Shown here in pieces: positions 34,862-44,062 of a stretch of 64,000 nucleotides of DNA. The notes beneath the pieces were generated by a model. The model saw only the letters and a program-made list of their open reading frames with translations, was not told where the DNA came from and made no database searches. Position 1 is the first letter of the stretch, and each line of letters opens with the position of its first letter. The DNA comes from Thermoplasmatota archaeon (lineage in GTDB: Archaea > Thermoplasmatota > E2 > DHVEG-1). The stretch lies in assembly GCA_038884455.1 (NCBI GenBank), contig JAWABU010000001.1, positions 11,263 through 75,262 of the forward strand. Reading direction: 5' to 3'. Both the position numbers and the translations under genes were made by a program.

Positions 34862-36067
34862 TCACAGCAAAGTTGCGAGAATGTCAAAGATATCTAAGAC
34901 GATGTCTTCTTTTCTGCCTTTTTTCTGATAGATTTTGCCTTGTTTTGTCACAATTATGATGTCAGAAACAGTATGTCCCATGGTTTCAACAGTGTTTCCA
35001 ACAACGGCATCTAGCTTGTGGTCTTGAAGAAGTTGTAGTGATTTTTTTTCTAACGTTTTTTTATTTGGCTCTAATTTAAATCCTATAAGTATTGCATGAG
35101 GTGCTTTCTTCCGGATTTTGTGGAGGATTTTTGGTGTTTGCTGCAGTTCGAGGATGAGTTTTTTTTGCTCTGAACTAATTTTTCCTAATTTTTTTGTCAG
35201 AGTGTAATCTGCTATAGCAGCACAAACAATAATGATATCAAAAGATTCGAGTGCTGTTTTTTGTACTAATGTTGTAAGATCAGCATACGTTTCAAATCTA
35301 GTTGTCTGAAGATATTCAGGAACTGGTTCAGAGGCACAGCCATACCAGAAATCCACGTCGCCTCCTTGTTCAAACGCTGTCCGGGCAAGTGCAACTGCTG
35401 TTTTCCCAGAACTTTTATTCGTAATAACTCGAATATCATCGATTGGCTCAGCCGTGCCACCACCAATAATCAATACCTTTTTCCGATGAAGTTTCTGATT
35501 TCCAATTGTTCTGATGACCTGCGTAACGATTGTTTCTGTTTTCGGCATAGTTGCCTTATTTTTTCTAATTCTTGGTTCAAGGAGAACAAGTCCGTCTTTT
35601 CTTCCGAGCATGATATTACGTTGAATAACAGGATGCTGATACATGGAGAGATGCATCGCTGGAACAAGGATAATGGGTATCTGCGATCCGAGTGCAGTTG
35701 TTGCAAACGTTGTTACTGCAGTATCATCAATACCATGAACAATTTTTGATAACGTGTTCGCTGTACACGGAGATATGATGAGAAGGTCTGCCCGGTTTTT
35801 GGTTAAACCACACCAGGTTACATGTTCTGTTTTTCCACTGAGTTCGACAATTGGTGTATGTCCCGTTGCAAACTCTAATGCGTCAGGATGAATAATGCGC
35901 GTTGCAGCAGGAGTCATCACCGGGATAATGTTTGCGCCGTGACGAATGAGTTCACGAGCGAGTGCAATAGTTTCAACTGCAGCAATACTTCCCGTTACGC
36001 CTAAGACAATTGTTTTGCCAGCAAGTTTTGTACTACTACTCCCCCGAATTTCATCTGCAGGATGCAT
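34862..36067 (-). CDS. coaBC: Bifunctional phosphopantothenoylcysteine decarboxylase / phosphopantothenate-cysteine ligase.
   Basis: 401 aa. Flavoprotein N-domain KTIVLGVTGSIAA. C-terminal DFP domain GGGTAEPID...SSGK. Confidence 0.85.
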   Translation of the reverse strand: MHPADEIRGSSSTKLAGKTIVLGVTGSIAAVETIALARELIRHGANIIPVMTPAATRIIHPDALEFATGHTPIVELSGKTEHVTWCGLTKNRADLLIISPCTANTLSKIVHGIDDTAVTTFATTALGSQIPIILVPAMHLSMYQHPVIQRNIMLGRKDGLVLLEPRIRKNKATMPKTETIVTQVIRTIGNQKLHRKKVLIIGGGTAEPIDDIRVITNKSSGKTAVALARTAFEQGGDVDFWYGCASEPVPEYLQTTRFETYADLTTLVQKTALESFDIIIVCAAIADYTLTKKLGKISSEQKKLILELQQTPKILHKIRKKAPHAILIGFKLEPNKKTLEKKSLQLLQDHKLDAVVGNTVETMGHTVSDIIIVTKQGKIYQKKGRKEDIVLDIFDILATLL

Positions 36068-36094
36068 TCTGTATCACGAAATAATGAAGATTTT

Positions 36095-36559
36095 TTATCG
36101 GACAACAAGAACCGATTTACTCGCATGACGGACAACCTTATCGGTAACACTGCCAAGGAGAAATCGCCCTTCTTTTCCATATCCTTTATACCCTAGGATG
36201 ATGATATCAACATCATATTTTTTTGCAACGAGAAGAATTTCATCGGCAGGATCTCCTGCTTCAACGGTTACCTCAACTTTTCCGACTTTTCCTTCGATGT
36301 CTTTTGCAACTTTAGTAAGATTTTCCAGTGCCTTTTCTTTAAAAGAACCTGGTTTGACAATACTGCTAAGATCAATAGTCGGAAGCAACATGTTCGTAAA
36401 GGTTGATTCAACAAGTTCAGCAGGAATAACCGTAAGCATGACGATTTGATCTTCTTTGGTTGAACATTGTACAGCAACGTCAATTGCTTTTTTTGATGCT
36501 TCAGAACCATCATATGCAATGAGGAGTTTTTTCATACCAATCACATTCCAGTATGACAT
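36095..36559 (-). CDS. Universal stress protein (UspA family).
   Basis: MKKLLIAYDGSEASKKAID...ILGYKGYGK...GSVTDKVVRHA, 154 aa. Confidence 0.8.
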   Translation of the reverse strand: MSYWNVIGMKKLLIAYDGSEASKKAIDVAVQCSTKEDQIVMLTVIPAELVESTFTNMLLPTIDLSSIVKPGSFKEKALENLTKVAKDIEGKVGKVEVTVEAGDPADEILLVAKKYDVDIIILGYKGYGKEGRFLLGSVTDKVVRHASKSVLVVR

Positions 36560-36598
36560 AGGATTCGTAGTATTAAGGTTTTGTTTTTACCTGCGTTA

Positions 36599-37108
36599 TC
36601 ACCTACATATATAGGCAATAAATTCTGCGAGGGGTAAACCATCATGAAAACGCATAATATAATTCCCGTTTATACTTTGTGCAAGTTTAGGAAGTCGATT
36701 ATGAACAATTTTGAGACGTCCTTCAAGACAAGAAACATCAAGGGTGAATAATCGCCAGCAATCTCCTCGAAATCCTTTCAGACGAAACGCATAAATCGGC
36801 AGGGTTTTTGTTGTTTCGCAGGTGCGATGCATCCATTCTGCTTGCCGTTGGAGTTTTCCATCAACGCTACTGAAATGAAGAACATCCTCAACGCTTGCTT
36901 TGATTTCAATGAGAAACGAGACATCACCTCGAACTGCTACGAGATCAATACCAAATGAACCAGCTGCTCTGATGACGATAAACGGTTTCTTCGTGATACA
37001 CAGATACTTCGTCTTTTCAAGTATGTCGCATGATTTTGTAATCTTTTCAAGCAGTTTTGTATCTCCTTCAAGAATTCCTTTAAGTTCACGTTCATAGACA
37101 CTACTCAT
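36599..37108 (-). CDS. hjc: Holliday junction resolvase Hjc-like nuclease (with an insertion).
   Basis: YERELKGILE...IVIRAAGSFGIDLVAVRGD..FLIEIKAS matches the Hjc E...D...ExK catalytic pattern. Resembles the Hjc N-terminal block as I recall it for Pyrococcus (from memory). 169 aa. Confidence 0.65.
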   Translation of the reverse strand: MSSVYERELKGILEGDTKLLEKITKSCDILEKTKYLCITKKPFIVIRAAGSFGIDLVAVRGDVSFLIEIKASVEDVLHFSSVDGKLQRQAEWMHRTCETTKTLPIYAFRLKGFRGDCWRLFTLDVSCLEGRLKIVHNRLPKLAQSINGNYIMRFHDGLPLAEFIAYICR

Positions 37109-37169
37109 ACTTATGCAAAAGGTAAAATACTGCGTACTCTTTTAATGGTTTGGGCTGGTTTCCATCTAG

Positions 37170-37739
37170 GTGGGATTGATATCTATGAAAACAGAAATCC
37201 TGGTCAAAGAAGTCATGAAAACGAACCCGGTGATCGTGAAAGCAACAGCAACTGTATTCGAAGCAGCACGACACATGAAACAGAAAAAAATTGGGAATGT
37301 CATCGTCGTAGAGAACAAACAACCCATCGGAATTTTAACAGAAAGTGACATTTTAAGAAAGGTTGTTGCAGAAGGTAAAGATAGTGACAAAGTGCTCGTA
37401 GAGGAAGTTATGACTACGCCGGTGATTGTTACTGATCCATATATATCGATAGATCAGGCAATGAAACTTATGGGGAAAAGCAATATCCGACGTTTACCGG
37501 TTGTTGAAGATAACAAGCTGATTGGTATCATCACCTTAAGAGATATTGCACGTATCTCACCAACGTTTCATGAAATCATGCGAGAATGGAACGATATAAC
37601 ACCACAGGAACGGATATTTTTTGAAGAGCAGAGTCTATCAGGTAAATGTGAGGATTGTGCTACATTATCAACCAGTCTTAAAAATATCCAAGGTCGTTTA
37701 ATCTGCGAGGAATGCGCTGAAGAATATAAAACTGAATAA
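37170..37739 (+). CDS. CBS-pair protein with C-terminal zinc ribbon.
   Basis: Two CBS motifs. C-terminal CEDCATLS...LICEECAEEY. Confidence 0.8.
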   Translation: MGLISMKTEILVKEVMKTNPVIVKATATVFEAARHMKQKKIGNVIVVENKQPIGILTESDILRKVVAEGKDSDKVLVEEVMTTPVIVTDPYISIDQAMKLMGKSNIRRLPVVEDNKLIGIITLRDIARISPTFHEIMREWNDITPQERIFFEEQSLSGKCEDCATLSTSLKNIQGRLICEECAEEYKTE

Positions 37740-37770
37740 CAACATTTTTTAAAAAAATATTGGAGAAAGG

Positions 37771-38571
37771 ATGGAACTACATATGAAAGTCAAGGATGTT
37801 ATGACAACAAATGTGATTACCGTTGCAAAAGATGATCATCTGAGCCACATACTGGATTTGATGAAAAAACATCGGATTACCAAAATTCCTGTGGTTGAGG
37901 GAAAAAAACTCCTCGGAATTGTAACCGATAACGAGATTGCATATAAACTAGGATCAATACGAAAACGGTTCGTTTCAGCGTCTCGTTTGCATGCATCATC
38001 GGTAACCGAAAAAGATGTGATGATTGTATCACCAGAAACTGACCTCTCCGATATTTTAAAAATGGTTGGAGAGCCTGGACCAACCATGCTTCCAGTTCTT
38101 AACAATGAGAAATTAGTCGGGGTGGTGACGAAAGCTGATCTTTTACCTTTGGTAAAAAGCGGAAATCAGCTTCGAAGTATCATCCAACATCCTGTTCATA
38201 TGATTGCTCCTGATGATCGAGTGGTCCATGCACGTCGAAAGATGATTGAATATAATATTGCCCGATTACCAGTTACCGATGAAAAACACCGATTACGCGG
38301 CATTATTTCTGATTTTGAGATAGCAGTTGCCTTTGCAGAAATTAAAAAATCGTTTTCTCTGGGCCGTCAGAAACATCGGCTCGATCAGCTACTTGTTGCT
38401 GATGCGATGAAAACACCAGTTATTTTTACCAATCCTGACATGTCGATTGCCCATGCAGCTCGGTTAATGCATGAAGAGGGTGTTGGCGCTTTGCCCCTTG
38501 TTCAAAATGATGCTGTTGTTGGTATTATATCAAGGACCGATGTATTAAAAACCATATCGATAGAGGCATAA
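37771..38571 (+). CDS. CBS-domain protein (four CBS motifs).
   Basis: Repeated CBS pattern (VMTTNVITV..., ..KIPVVEG.., ..LPVLNNEKLVGVVT..). 266 aa. Confidence 0.8.
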   Translation: MELHMKVKDVMTTNVITVAKDDHLSHILDLMKKHRITKIPVVEGKKLLGIVTDNEIAYKLGSIRKRFVSASRLHASSVTEKDVMIVSPETDLSDILKMVGEPGPTMLPVLNNEKLVGVVTKADLLPLVKSGNQLRSIIQHPVHMIAPDDRVVHARRKMIEYNIARLPVTDEKHRLRGIISDFEIAVAFAEIKKSFSLGRQKHRLDQLLVADAMKTPVIFTNPDMSIAHAARLMHEEGVGALPLVQNDAVVGIISRTDVLKTISIEA

Positions 38572-38607
38572 AAAGATTTTAAGTACCCTCATTGTTCTCA
38601 TTATTGT

Positions 38608-38997
38608 ATGCCCTATCATATTGCTTCTGATGACATTGTGGTAGACGCCGTTGTTCATGTACTCCGTCAGTATAGAACAATCCCTTCGCAACGTGTCCTC
38701 AAACATCTCGTAGAGGCGCATCTTCAGACAGAACACCAGGTTTATCATGTGAGCGAGGTGCGGCTTCGGAAGTTAGTACTCAAGCATGGTATTGCAACCG
38801 TTGAAATTCAGAGCAGGGAAGGTGATCCTGAGAAGGTTCTGACAAAATGTCCTGTCTGTGAAACCATGTTGAAACGGGTGAAAAATCAGACGATTTATGG
38901 TGGTGAGGTAACCATTGAGTACCACTGTGATCTGTGCGGCTACTGGACCGGAAAGAAAAAACGAGTTCCAACACGATATATTTTTCATGGAAAATGA
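38608..38997 (+). CDS. Hypothetical protein with C-terminal zinc ribbon.
   Basis: CPVCETML...HCDLCGYW. 129 aa. In an operon with the CBS genes. Confidence 0.55.
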   Translation: MPYHIASDDIVVDAVVHVLRQYRTIPSQRVLKHLVEAHLQTEHQVYHVSEVRLRKLVLKHGIATVEIQSREGDPEKVLTKCPVCETMLKRVKNQTIYGGEVTIEYHCDLCGYWTGKKKRVPTRYIFHGK

Positions 38998-39132
38998 ACG
39001 GTTTTTCTCCAGAAAAATCTGATAACAGTATCAAGGGATGCAGTGCTTTTCTTTTGCTGCTGTTCAGATGCAAATCATTATATAATTAGAAAGATAATAT
39101 TCTTTAGGAGTACAAAAACCAAACTGATTCCT

Positions 39133-41931
39133 ATGCGCAGAATTCCTGCATGTGTCATACTGAGTATGCTGTGTATATCGACAGTTGGATATGTTGGTTC
39201 TTCTATCCCTTCAAACCTGAGTACTCCTTCAGTTGTAAACCCAGCATCGTATACTCAAGGATATCGATATAACATTCAGGGATGGATCTATGTCTATATC
39301 AGGGGAGACGCCTATGAACGAGGATATCAACATGGGTATCTGCTTGCCGCTGAGATTGTTGATATGTTGAATCGTTGGAGTTATATGATTCATCACTATC
39401 CCACCATAGAACAGATCAGCCCTCGTCTTTCCGATGAACGATTTCATCGTGTTGCACAACAATGGTGGGATTTTTGCGTTCAGAACTGCTATCGAATGTA
39501 CTGGGATAAATACCCGGGTGAATACCGAGAGGAAATCCAAGGAATTGCTGATGGTGTCGCTGCACGAGGTGGTACCATCCATGGACGATCGGTAACCGTG
39601 AAGGATATCCTTACCATGAATCAGATGTATGAGTTTATGTCAAAATTAACAAAAATCCCGAAAGCACTACATCCTCTCCGAAGCTTTTTTTATCAGCTAC
39701 AACAGACGTTTTCTGAATTTTCAAATCTTCGTATCAACGATCTACTCGATCGGTTTCTTTCGCAGGATCCTGCACATCACTGTAATGGTTTTATTGCAAC
39801 TGGAAATGCAACAACTCATGGTCAAATCGTTTTTACCCATTCGACGATCTGCGGTGGAGGGATGTGGTGGTGGACGTATTTTATTTCACTCCGATGGAAT
39901 GTGATCCTTGATGTACACCCAACTCAAGGAAATCGTGTCATCATGTCAACCTCCCCCGGTCTTATCTGGAGTGATGAGGATTACTATCAAAATAATCAAG
40001 GCATCATGCTGTTAGAAACAACGCTTCCTCAAGGGTTGTACGACAACAAAGGATTGCCGTTATCAATCCGTGCTCGGAAAGCACTCCAATATGGAACAAC
40101 GATTGACGACGTGATCATGCATCTGACGTACCAAAATGATGGTTCGATGAATGCTGTCTGGTTGATTGGTGATAGTACAACTGGTGAGATTGCCCGGTTT
40201 GAACTTGGATATCATGCCTCAGCAGTCTGGCGGACCATGAACGGATTCTTCTGGAGTGCAAACAATCCATATGACCTCAGCGTTCGACTTGAAAAATTTT
40301 CTATCAAAAAATATATTCAGAAGCTTGCATGGAAACTAGTCGGTATCCCAGGATATGGATATTTTTCACCCCGCTATCATCCTGAAGCCCGCGATTTGAA
40401 ATACGAAGAACTCGGAAAGAAATACTATGGTCGGATTGATGTTGACCTCGTCAAAGAACTAGCGACAACCTCGCCGATTAGCGACTGGATAACTGACATT
40501 AAAATCACTGATACTGAGCTTGTGCGGAACAATGGGTTATGGATGTTCTGGGGCAATCCAGATAAAATATTGAATATCTCTCGGTTTGATACTCGAAATC
40601 AAACAATTGAAGCAGTACCACCTGCAGGGTGGGCGCGAATCTATGGCTTGCCTGAAAAACATACCTTTTCATTGATTATCCAACCCAATCAGCAGGGAAA
40701 TACGACAAAACTGCTCTGGAAAACACGTATTGCTGAACAAACCAATGATTTTTACTCATGTGCAGCACACGATGGATCTGTGATCTATACTGCAACCTCG
40801 GAAAATACTCTCGTTGCCCTGAATATGACTACAGGGACGCTGCTTTGGAAAACATCTCTTGGAAAAAATCCAGTACGACCTGTTGTATATCAAGAGTACC
40901 TGTACGTTGGATGTGCTGATGGTCTGTATGCATTTACGAAGGACGGGAAAAAACACTGGGTGTTTTCCTGTGAACCGATATGTTCCCCCCCAGTTATGTA
41001 TGAGGATCAGATATTACTTGGAACCCAGAAGGGACTGCTGTATGGTGTGTCTTGCAAAGATGGAAAACTGCTGTGGAAGATCTCATTTCCTGCTGCACTG
41101 TACCTCGGAAGTATCTCCAACGAAACACTCGTGGTTACGTCGGGGATGAGCTGCGCGGCATTCACCATAACGAATCGTTCAATCAGATGGTGGTGGAACA
41201 CCACCGGTATCATCACCTCAGCTCCTTGTATCTCTGACACAATGGTTGTTGTCGGATCCTGGGATACACACCTGTATGCTCTTGATCTGAACACCGGTGC
41301 TCTGCTCTGGAAATATGAAACAGGATGGGGGGTTGATGTACAACCAATTGTTGATGAAACCATGGTGTTTGTAGCTTCAGCTGACAACAACTTGTATGCA
41401 CTCAATAAAACAACCGGACTACTCGAATGGGTTTTTACAGCAAACGCTGCATTTCACGGCCAACCATGTGTCTATGGCGATTATATTTTTGCCGGTTGTG
41501 ATGATGGTACGTATTATGCTGTGAATCGATCAACAGGAAAACTAGTTTGGAGGTATACCCCTGGTGAAACAATACCACCTGGATCTCTCCGAAATTATAT
41601 TACAACTCCATTGCGTTCAAATCCAGTTGTTTTTGATGGAAACGTTATTTGTAGTGCACTTGGATCTGTTGTTGCTTTAGATGCTCAAACAGAGACCTCT
41701 GAAAATATACCACCCAGTCCTCCAGAGCATCATGGACAAGATGACGAAACACCTGATGAGAATCCTGATGAACATCAACCTGATGAACAACCACCAGCTC
41801 ATGAGGAACAGGAACATCAGGATAATACCTCTCTTGATGAGTATCGTTTTATTTTTTTATGTGCTGGACTCCTCATAGGTATTGTTATAACTGCTGGATA
41901 TGTACTTCGAAGAAAACAAAGATACGTATGA
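39133..41931 (+). CDS. Large cell-surface protein: signal peptide, Ntn-hydrolase (peptidase C45/acyltransferase-like) domain, PQQ-type beta-propeller, acidic His/Pro-rich linker and C-terminal TM anchor.
   Basis: Start MRRIPACVILSMLCISTVGYVGSS (ATG 39133). HHCNGFIATGNATTHGQIVFTHSTI is a possible autoprocessing site with Cys nucleophile. Multiple G.L.A.N..TG.LLWK PQQ repeats. C-terminal ...PDENPDEHQPDEQPPAHEEQEHQD then FIFLCAGLLIGIVITAGYVLRRKQRYV. Confidence 0.8.
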   Translation: MRRIPACVILSMLCISTVGYVGSSIPSNLSTPSVVNPASYTQGYRYNIQGWIYVYIRGDAYERGYQHGYLLAAEIVDMLNRWSYMIHHYPTIEQISPRLSDERFHRVAQQWWDFCVQNCYRMYWDKYPGEYREEIQGIADGVAARGGTIHGRSVTVKDILTMNQMYEFMSKLTKIPKALHPLRSFFYQLQQTFSEFSNLRINDLLDRFLSQDPAHHCNGFIATGNATTHGQIVFTHSTICGGGMWWWTYFISLRWNVILDVHPTQGNRVIMSTSPGLIWSDEDYYQNNQGIMLLETTLPQGLYDNKGLPLSIRARKALQYGTTIDDVIMHLTYQNDGSMNAVWLIGDSTTGEIARFELGYHASAVWRTMNGFFWSANNPYDLSVRLEKFSIKKYIQKLAWKLVGIPGYGYFSPRYHPEARDLKYEELGKKYYGRIDVDLVKELATTSPISDWITDIKITDTELVRNNGLWMFWGNPDKILNISRFDTRNQTIEAVPPAGWARIYGLPEKHTFSLIIQPNQQGNTTKLLWKTRIAEQTNDFYSCAAHDGSVIYTATSENTLVALNMTTGTLLWKTSLGKNPVRPVVYQEYLYVGCADGLYAFTKDGKKHWVFSCEPICSPPVMYEDQILLGTQKGLLYGVSCKDGKLLWKISFPAALYLGSISNETLVVTSGMSCAAFTITNRSIRWWWNTTGIITSAPCISDTMVVVGSWDTHLYALDLNTGALLWKYETGWGVDVQPIVDETMVFVASADNNLYALNKTTGLLEWVFTANAAFHGQPCVYGDYIFAGCDDGTYYAVNRSTGKLVWRYTPGETIPPGSLRNYITTPLRSNPVVFDGNVICSALGSVVALDAQTETSENIPPSPPEHHGQDDETPDENPDEHQPDEQPPAHEEQEHQDNTSLDEYRFIFLCAGLLIGIVITAGYVLRRKQRYV

Positions 41932-41983
41932 CGATTAATGAATATGTAGATAGCAACAGTTTTTATTGGGCCATCCCTTTCAA

Positions 41984-42086
41984 CGTCATAAATGACATGG
42001 CTTTCCCCCTTCAAGGGAAAGAAAAATGACCATCAGCATTTTACTAGTAACACCCCGGCGATCCATCCATGACATAAATGTCATAG
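41984..42086. promoter_or_regulatory. Two related palindromic sites (aCGTCAT-AA-ATGACAT and ATGACAT-AA-ATGTCAT) flanking a hairpin (CTTTCCC-CCTTCAA-GGGAAAG).
   Basis: Inverted repeats read directly at 41986-42001 and 42069-42084. 7-bp stem hairpin at about 42003-42023. Confidence 0.3.
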
Positions 42087-42678
42087 AGATTTCTCGCTCG
42101 AATTGGTTTAACCTTATTGGTCATTTTTAACTATTTTTGACCGATACATATTTACTCTGGTTGAACCTTCGTTTCCAGATAAGAGAACATAACCTGAAAA
42201 AGAGGTTAAAAAGCATCGAAAATGAAGCGACTGCTAGGTACCAAGAATCGTCCAAAGACCTCTTGTGTTCAGATGCCAAAGAGCAGACAGAAAAAATTGA
42301 ATGAGAAAAAAAAGGTTTTCTCGCAGAAAAAAATCAGGATGAATATCCTTGTTTTTACATTCATTAAAGTTCTGTTTAAGCACGAGGATTTGACAATAGA
42401 GTAAAAGCAAAATTTTCCCTAGTTTTTACTCTTGTTGTGCTAGTTTGTCAAAATGAGATTCTGCACACGAAACTTTATATAATGTTGATAAGATATTCAA
42501 GTATATACTGTGGTAACCATACTTGGATGATGAGGGAGATAACAGAAAAAGAAAAAAATTGCTGTTTCTCGAAATCATAAATAAAAATTGGAAAAAATAT
42601 ATATACCAAGTACGGTATTAATGCCACAACAAAAAGCCTACAAAAATAAAAAAATAGGCTAGGAGAGAATGGGAAAAA

Positions 42679-43185
42679 ATGAAAGCAAATAGAAAATTTA
42701 TAGATGGTGAGGAAGCAGTATCTGCGGTTATTGGTGTTATCCTCATGGTAGCAATTACCGTCGCCATAGCCGCAACCGTCTACGTCTACGTCAGCGGAAT
42801 GATGGACGTCAGTGGTGGATCTGCACCAGTTGCAGTCATCAACATCAACGATGGAGTAGCCACAGCAAGTTCTACAACAGGAACGTACAGTGCCAACGAT
42901 GAAGTATTTGTATTATTCCATTATAGTGGTGACACCATTCCAATGGCAGATGTCGTAATTGAATATATGGGTGGAGCTGTCACTTCATGGGATACACTCA
43001 TTGGATCAACAACAACCGGTGGACTAACTGCTGCCGCTCCAGCAGATGGTTTCTTCCAATTTGGTGATGAAATCGTTGTTAAAGCAGTTGATGCTAACAC
43101 CCAAGCAGGTGTGTATACTTTCCGCATCCGTCATAACCCAACAAGTTCATGGGTCATGCCAGCGAAAACCGCAACTGCTGTTTAA
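42679..43185 (+). CDS. Archaeal type IV pilin (class III signal peptide, PilA/DUF1628-like).
   Basis: MKANRKFIDGEEAVSAVIGVILMVAITVAIAATVYVYVSG resembles my recollection of the conserved haloarchaeal PilA hydrophobic domain GVSPVIGVILMVAITV (from memory, not searched). 168 aa. Confidence 0.8.
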   Translation: MKANRKFIDGEEAVSAVIGVILMVAITVAIAATVYVYVSGMMDVSGGSAPVAVININDGVATASSTTGTYSANDEVFVLFHYSGDTIPMADVVIEYMGGAVTSWDTLIGSTTTGGLTAAAPADGFFQFGDEIVVKAVDANTQAGVYTFRIRHNPTSSWVMPAKTATAV

Positions 43186-43302
43186 ACACCATACTAACCA
43201 CAATCTCAACTCTTTTTCTTCCTTTTTTCTCTAAAATCTTTTTAGAGTCTAAAACAAAATACAAAATCAATGAATCAAAAAAAATATGGGGATGGGGTAT
43301 AC

Positions 43303-43797
43303 ATGAAAAAACCATGCAAAAAAAAACTTAATCAAGAAGCAGTATCTGCAGTCATCGGTGTCACTATCATGGTTGCAATTACTGTCGCCATGGCTGCAGT
43401 AGCATATACCTATCTTACCGGTATGATTGGAGGCGAAACACCAACCCCAGTTGCATCGTTTAATATCAAAGATGGAACCGCAAATGCAAATGCTATGACT
43501 AATCTTTATAATGCTAATGATCAAGTTTTTATCATCGAACATTACAGCGGAGATACCATCACAACTAGTGAAATAACCATAGAATATAAAAGCCCAACAG
43601 GTACTTGGCAAACCCTCACCAGCACAGGACAAGCAGCTGGACTCAAAGCAACTATTCCCGCACATTTACAATTCGGCGATACTATCTCAGTAACCGCTGT
43701 CGATGCTAACACCAGAAATGGTGTGTATTTATTTCGCATCCGTCACAATCCCTCAGAAACATATCTGTTGCCTCAGATAGAAGCAACCGCTATATAA
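43303..43797 (+). CDS. Archaeal type IV pilin, tandem paralogue.
   Basis: Start MKKPCKKKLNQEAVSAVIGVTIMVAITVAMAAVAYTYLTG. C-terminal region parallels the upstream pilin (YSGDTI..., FRIRHNP...). Confidence 0.8.
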   Translation: MKKPCKKKLNQEAVSAVIGVTIMVAITVAMAAVAYTYLTGMIGGETPTPVASFNIKDGTANANAMTNLYNANDQVFIIEHYSGDTITTSEITIEYKSPTGTWQTLTSTGQAAGLKATIPAHLQFGDTISVTAVDANTRNGVYLFRIRHNPSETYLLPQIEATAI

Positions 43798-43834
43798 CAC
43801 AACATTCTCCATTTTTTGTGATTCTTGTACATTT

Positions 43835-43920
43835 CACAATGTCACCTAAAATAACCGTTTTTACCCGCATGAATCGTTTTTTTTTCGTATCCCTCCTTGT
43901 CAACGTATTACGTTTATCGT
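43835..43920 (+). repeat. Copy 1 of an ~60-80 bp intergenic direct repeat (core TTTCACAATGTCACCTAAAATAACCGTTTTTACCCGCATGAATCGTTTTTTTTT).
   Basis: Shares GTCACCTAAAA, AACC.TTTT and CATGAATC.TTTTTT blocks with copies at 45481-45580 and 47208-47265, all in the same orientation. Confidence 0.5.
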
Positions 43921-44062
43921 ATCTTTGGGAGTTTTTGTTCGGTTCGTTTCGTTCCATTTGGTTGTTGTCGTCGTTTCATGATTTTTTGTGAACGGGGAAG
44001 GCAGAGGCGAGGATGGAGTTATGGGCGAAACGATAAAAGAATTCTATATGAACCTGAGAGTA

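Noticed and set aside
42222-42404. 60-aa very basic ORF (MKRLLGTKNRPK...) in the pilin upstream region.
   Set aside because: Lys-rich translation of an A-rich intergenic segment. No RBS or TATA at an appropriate distance. Likely non-coding leader or promoter region.
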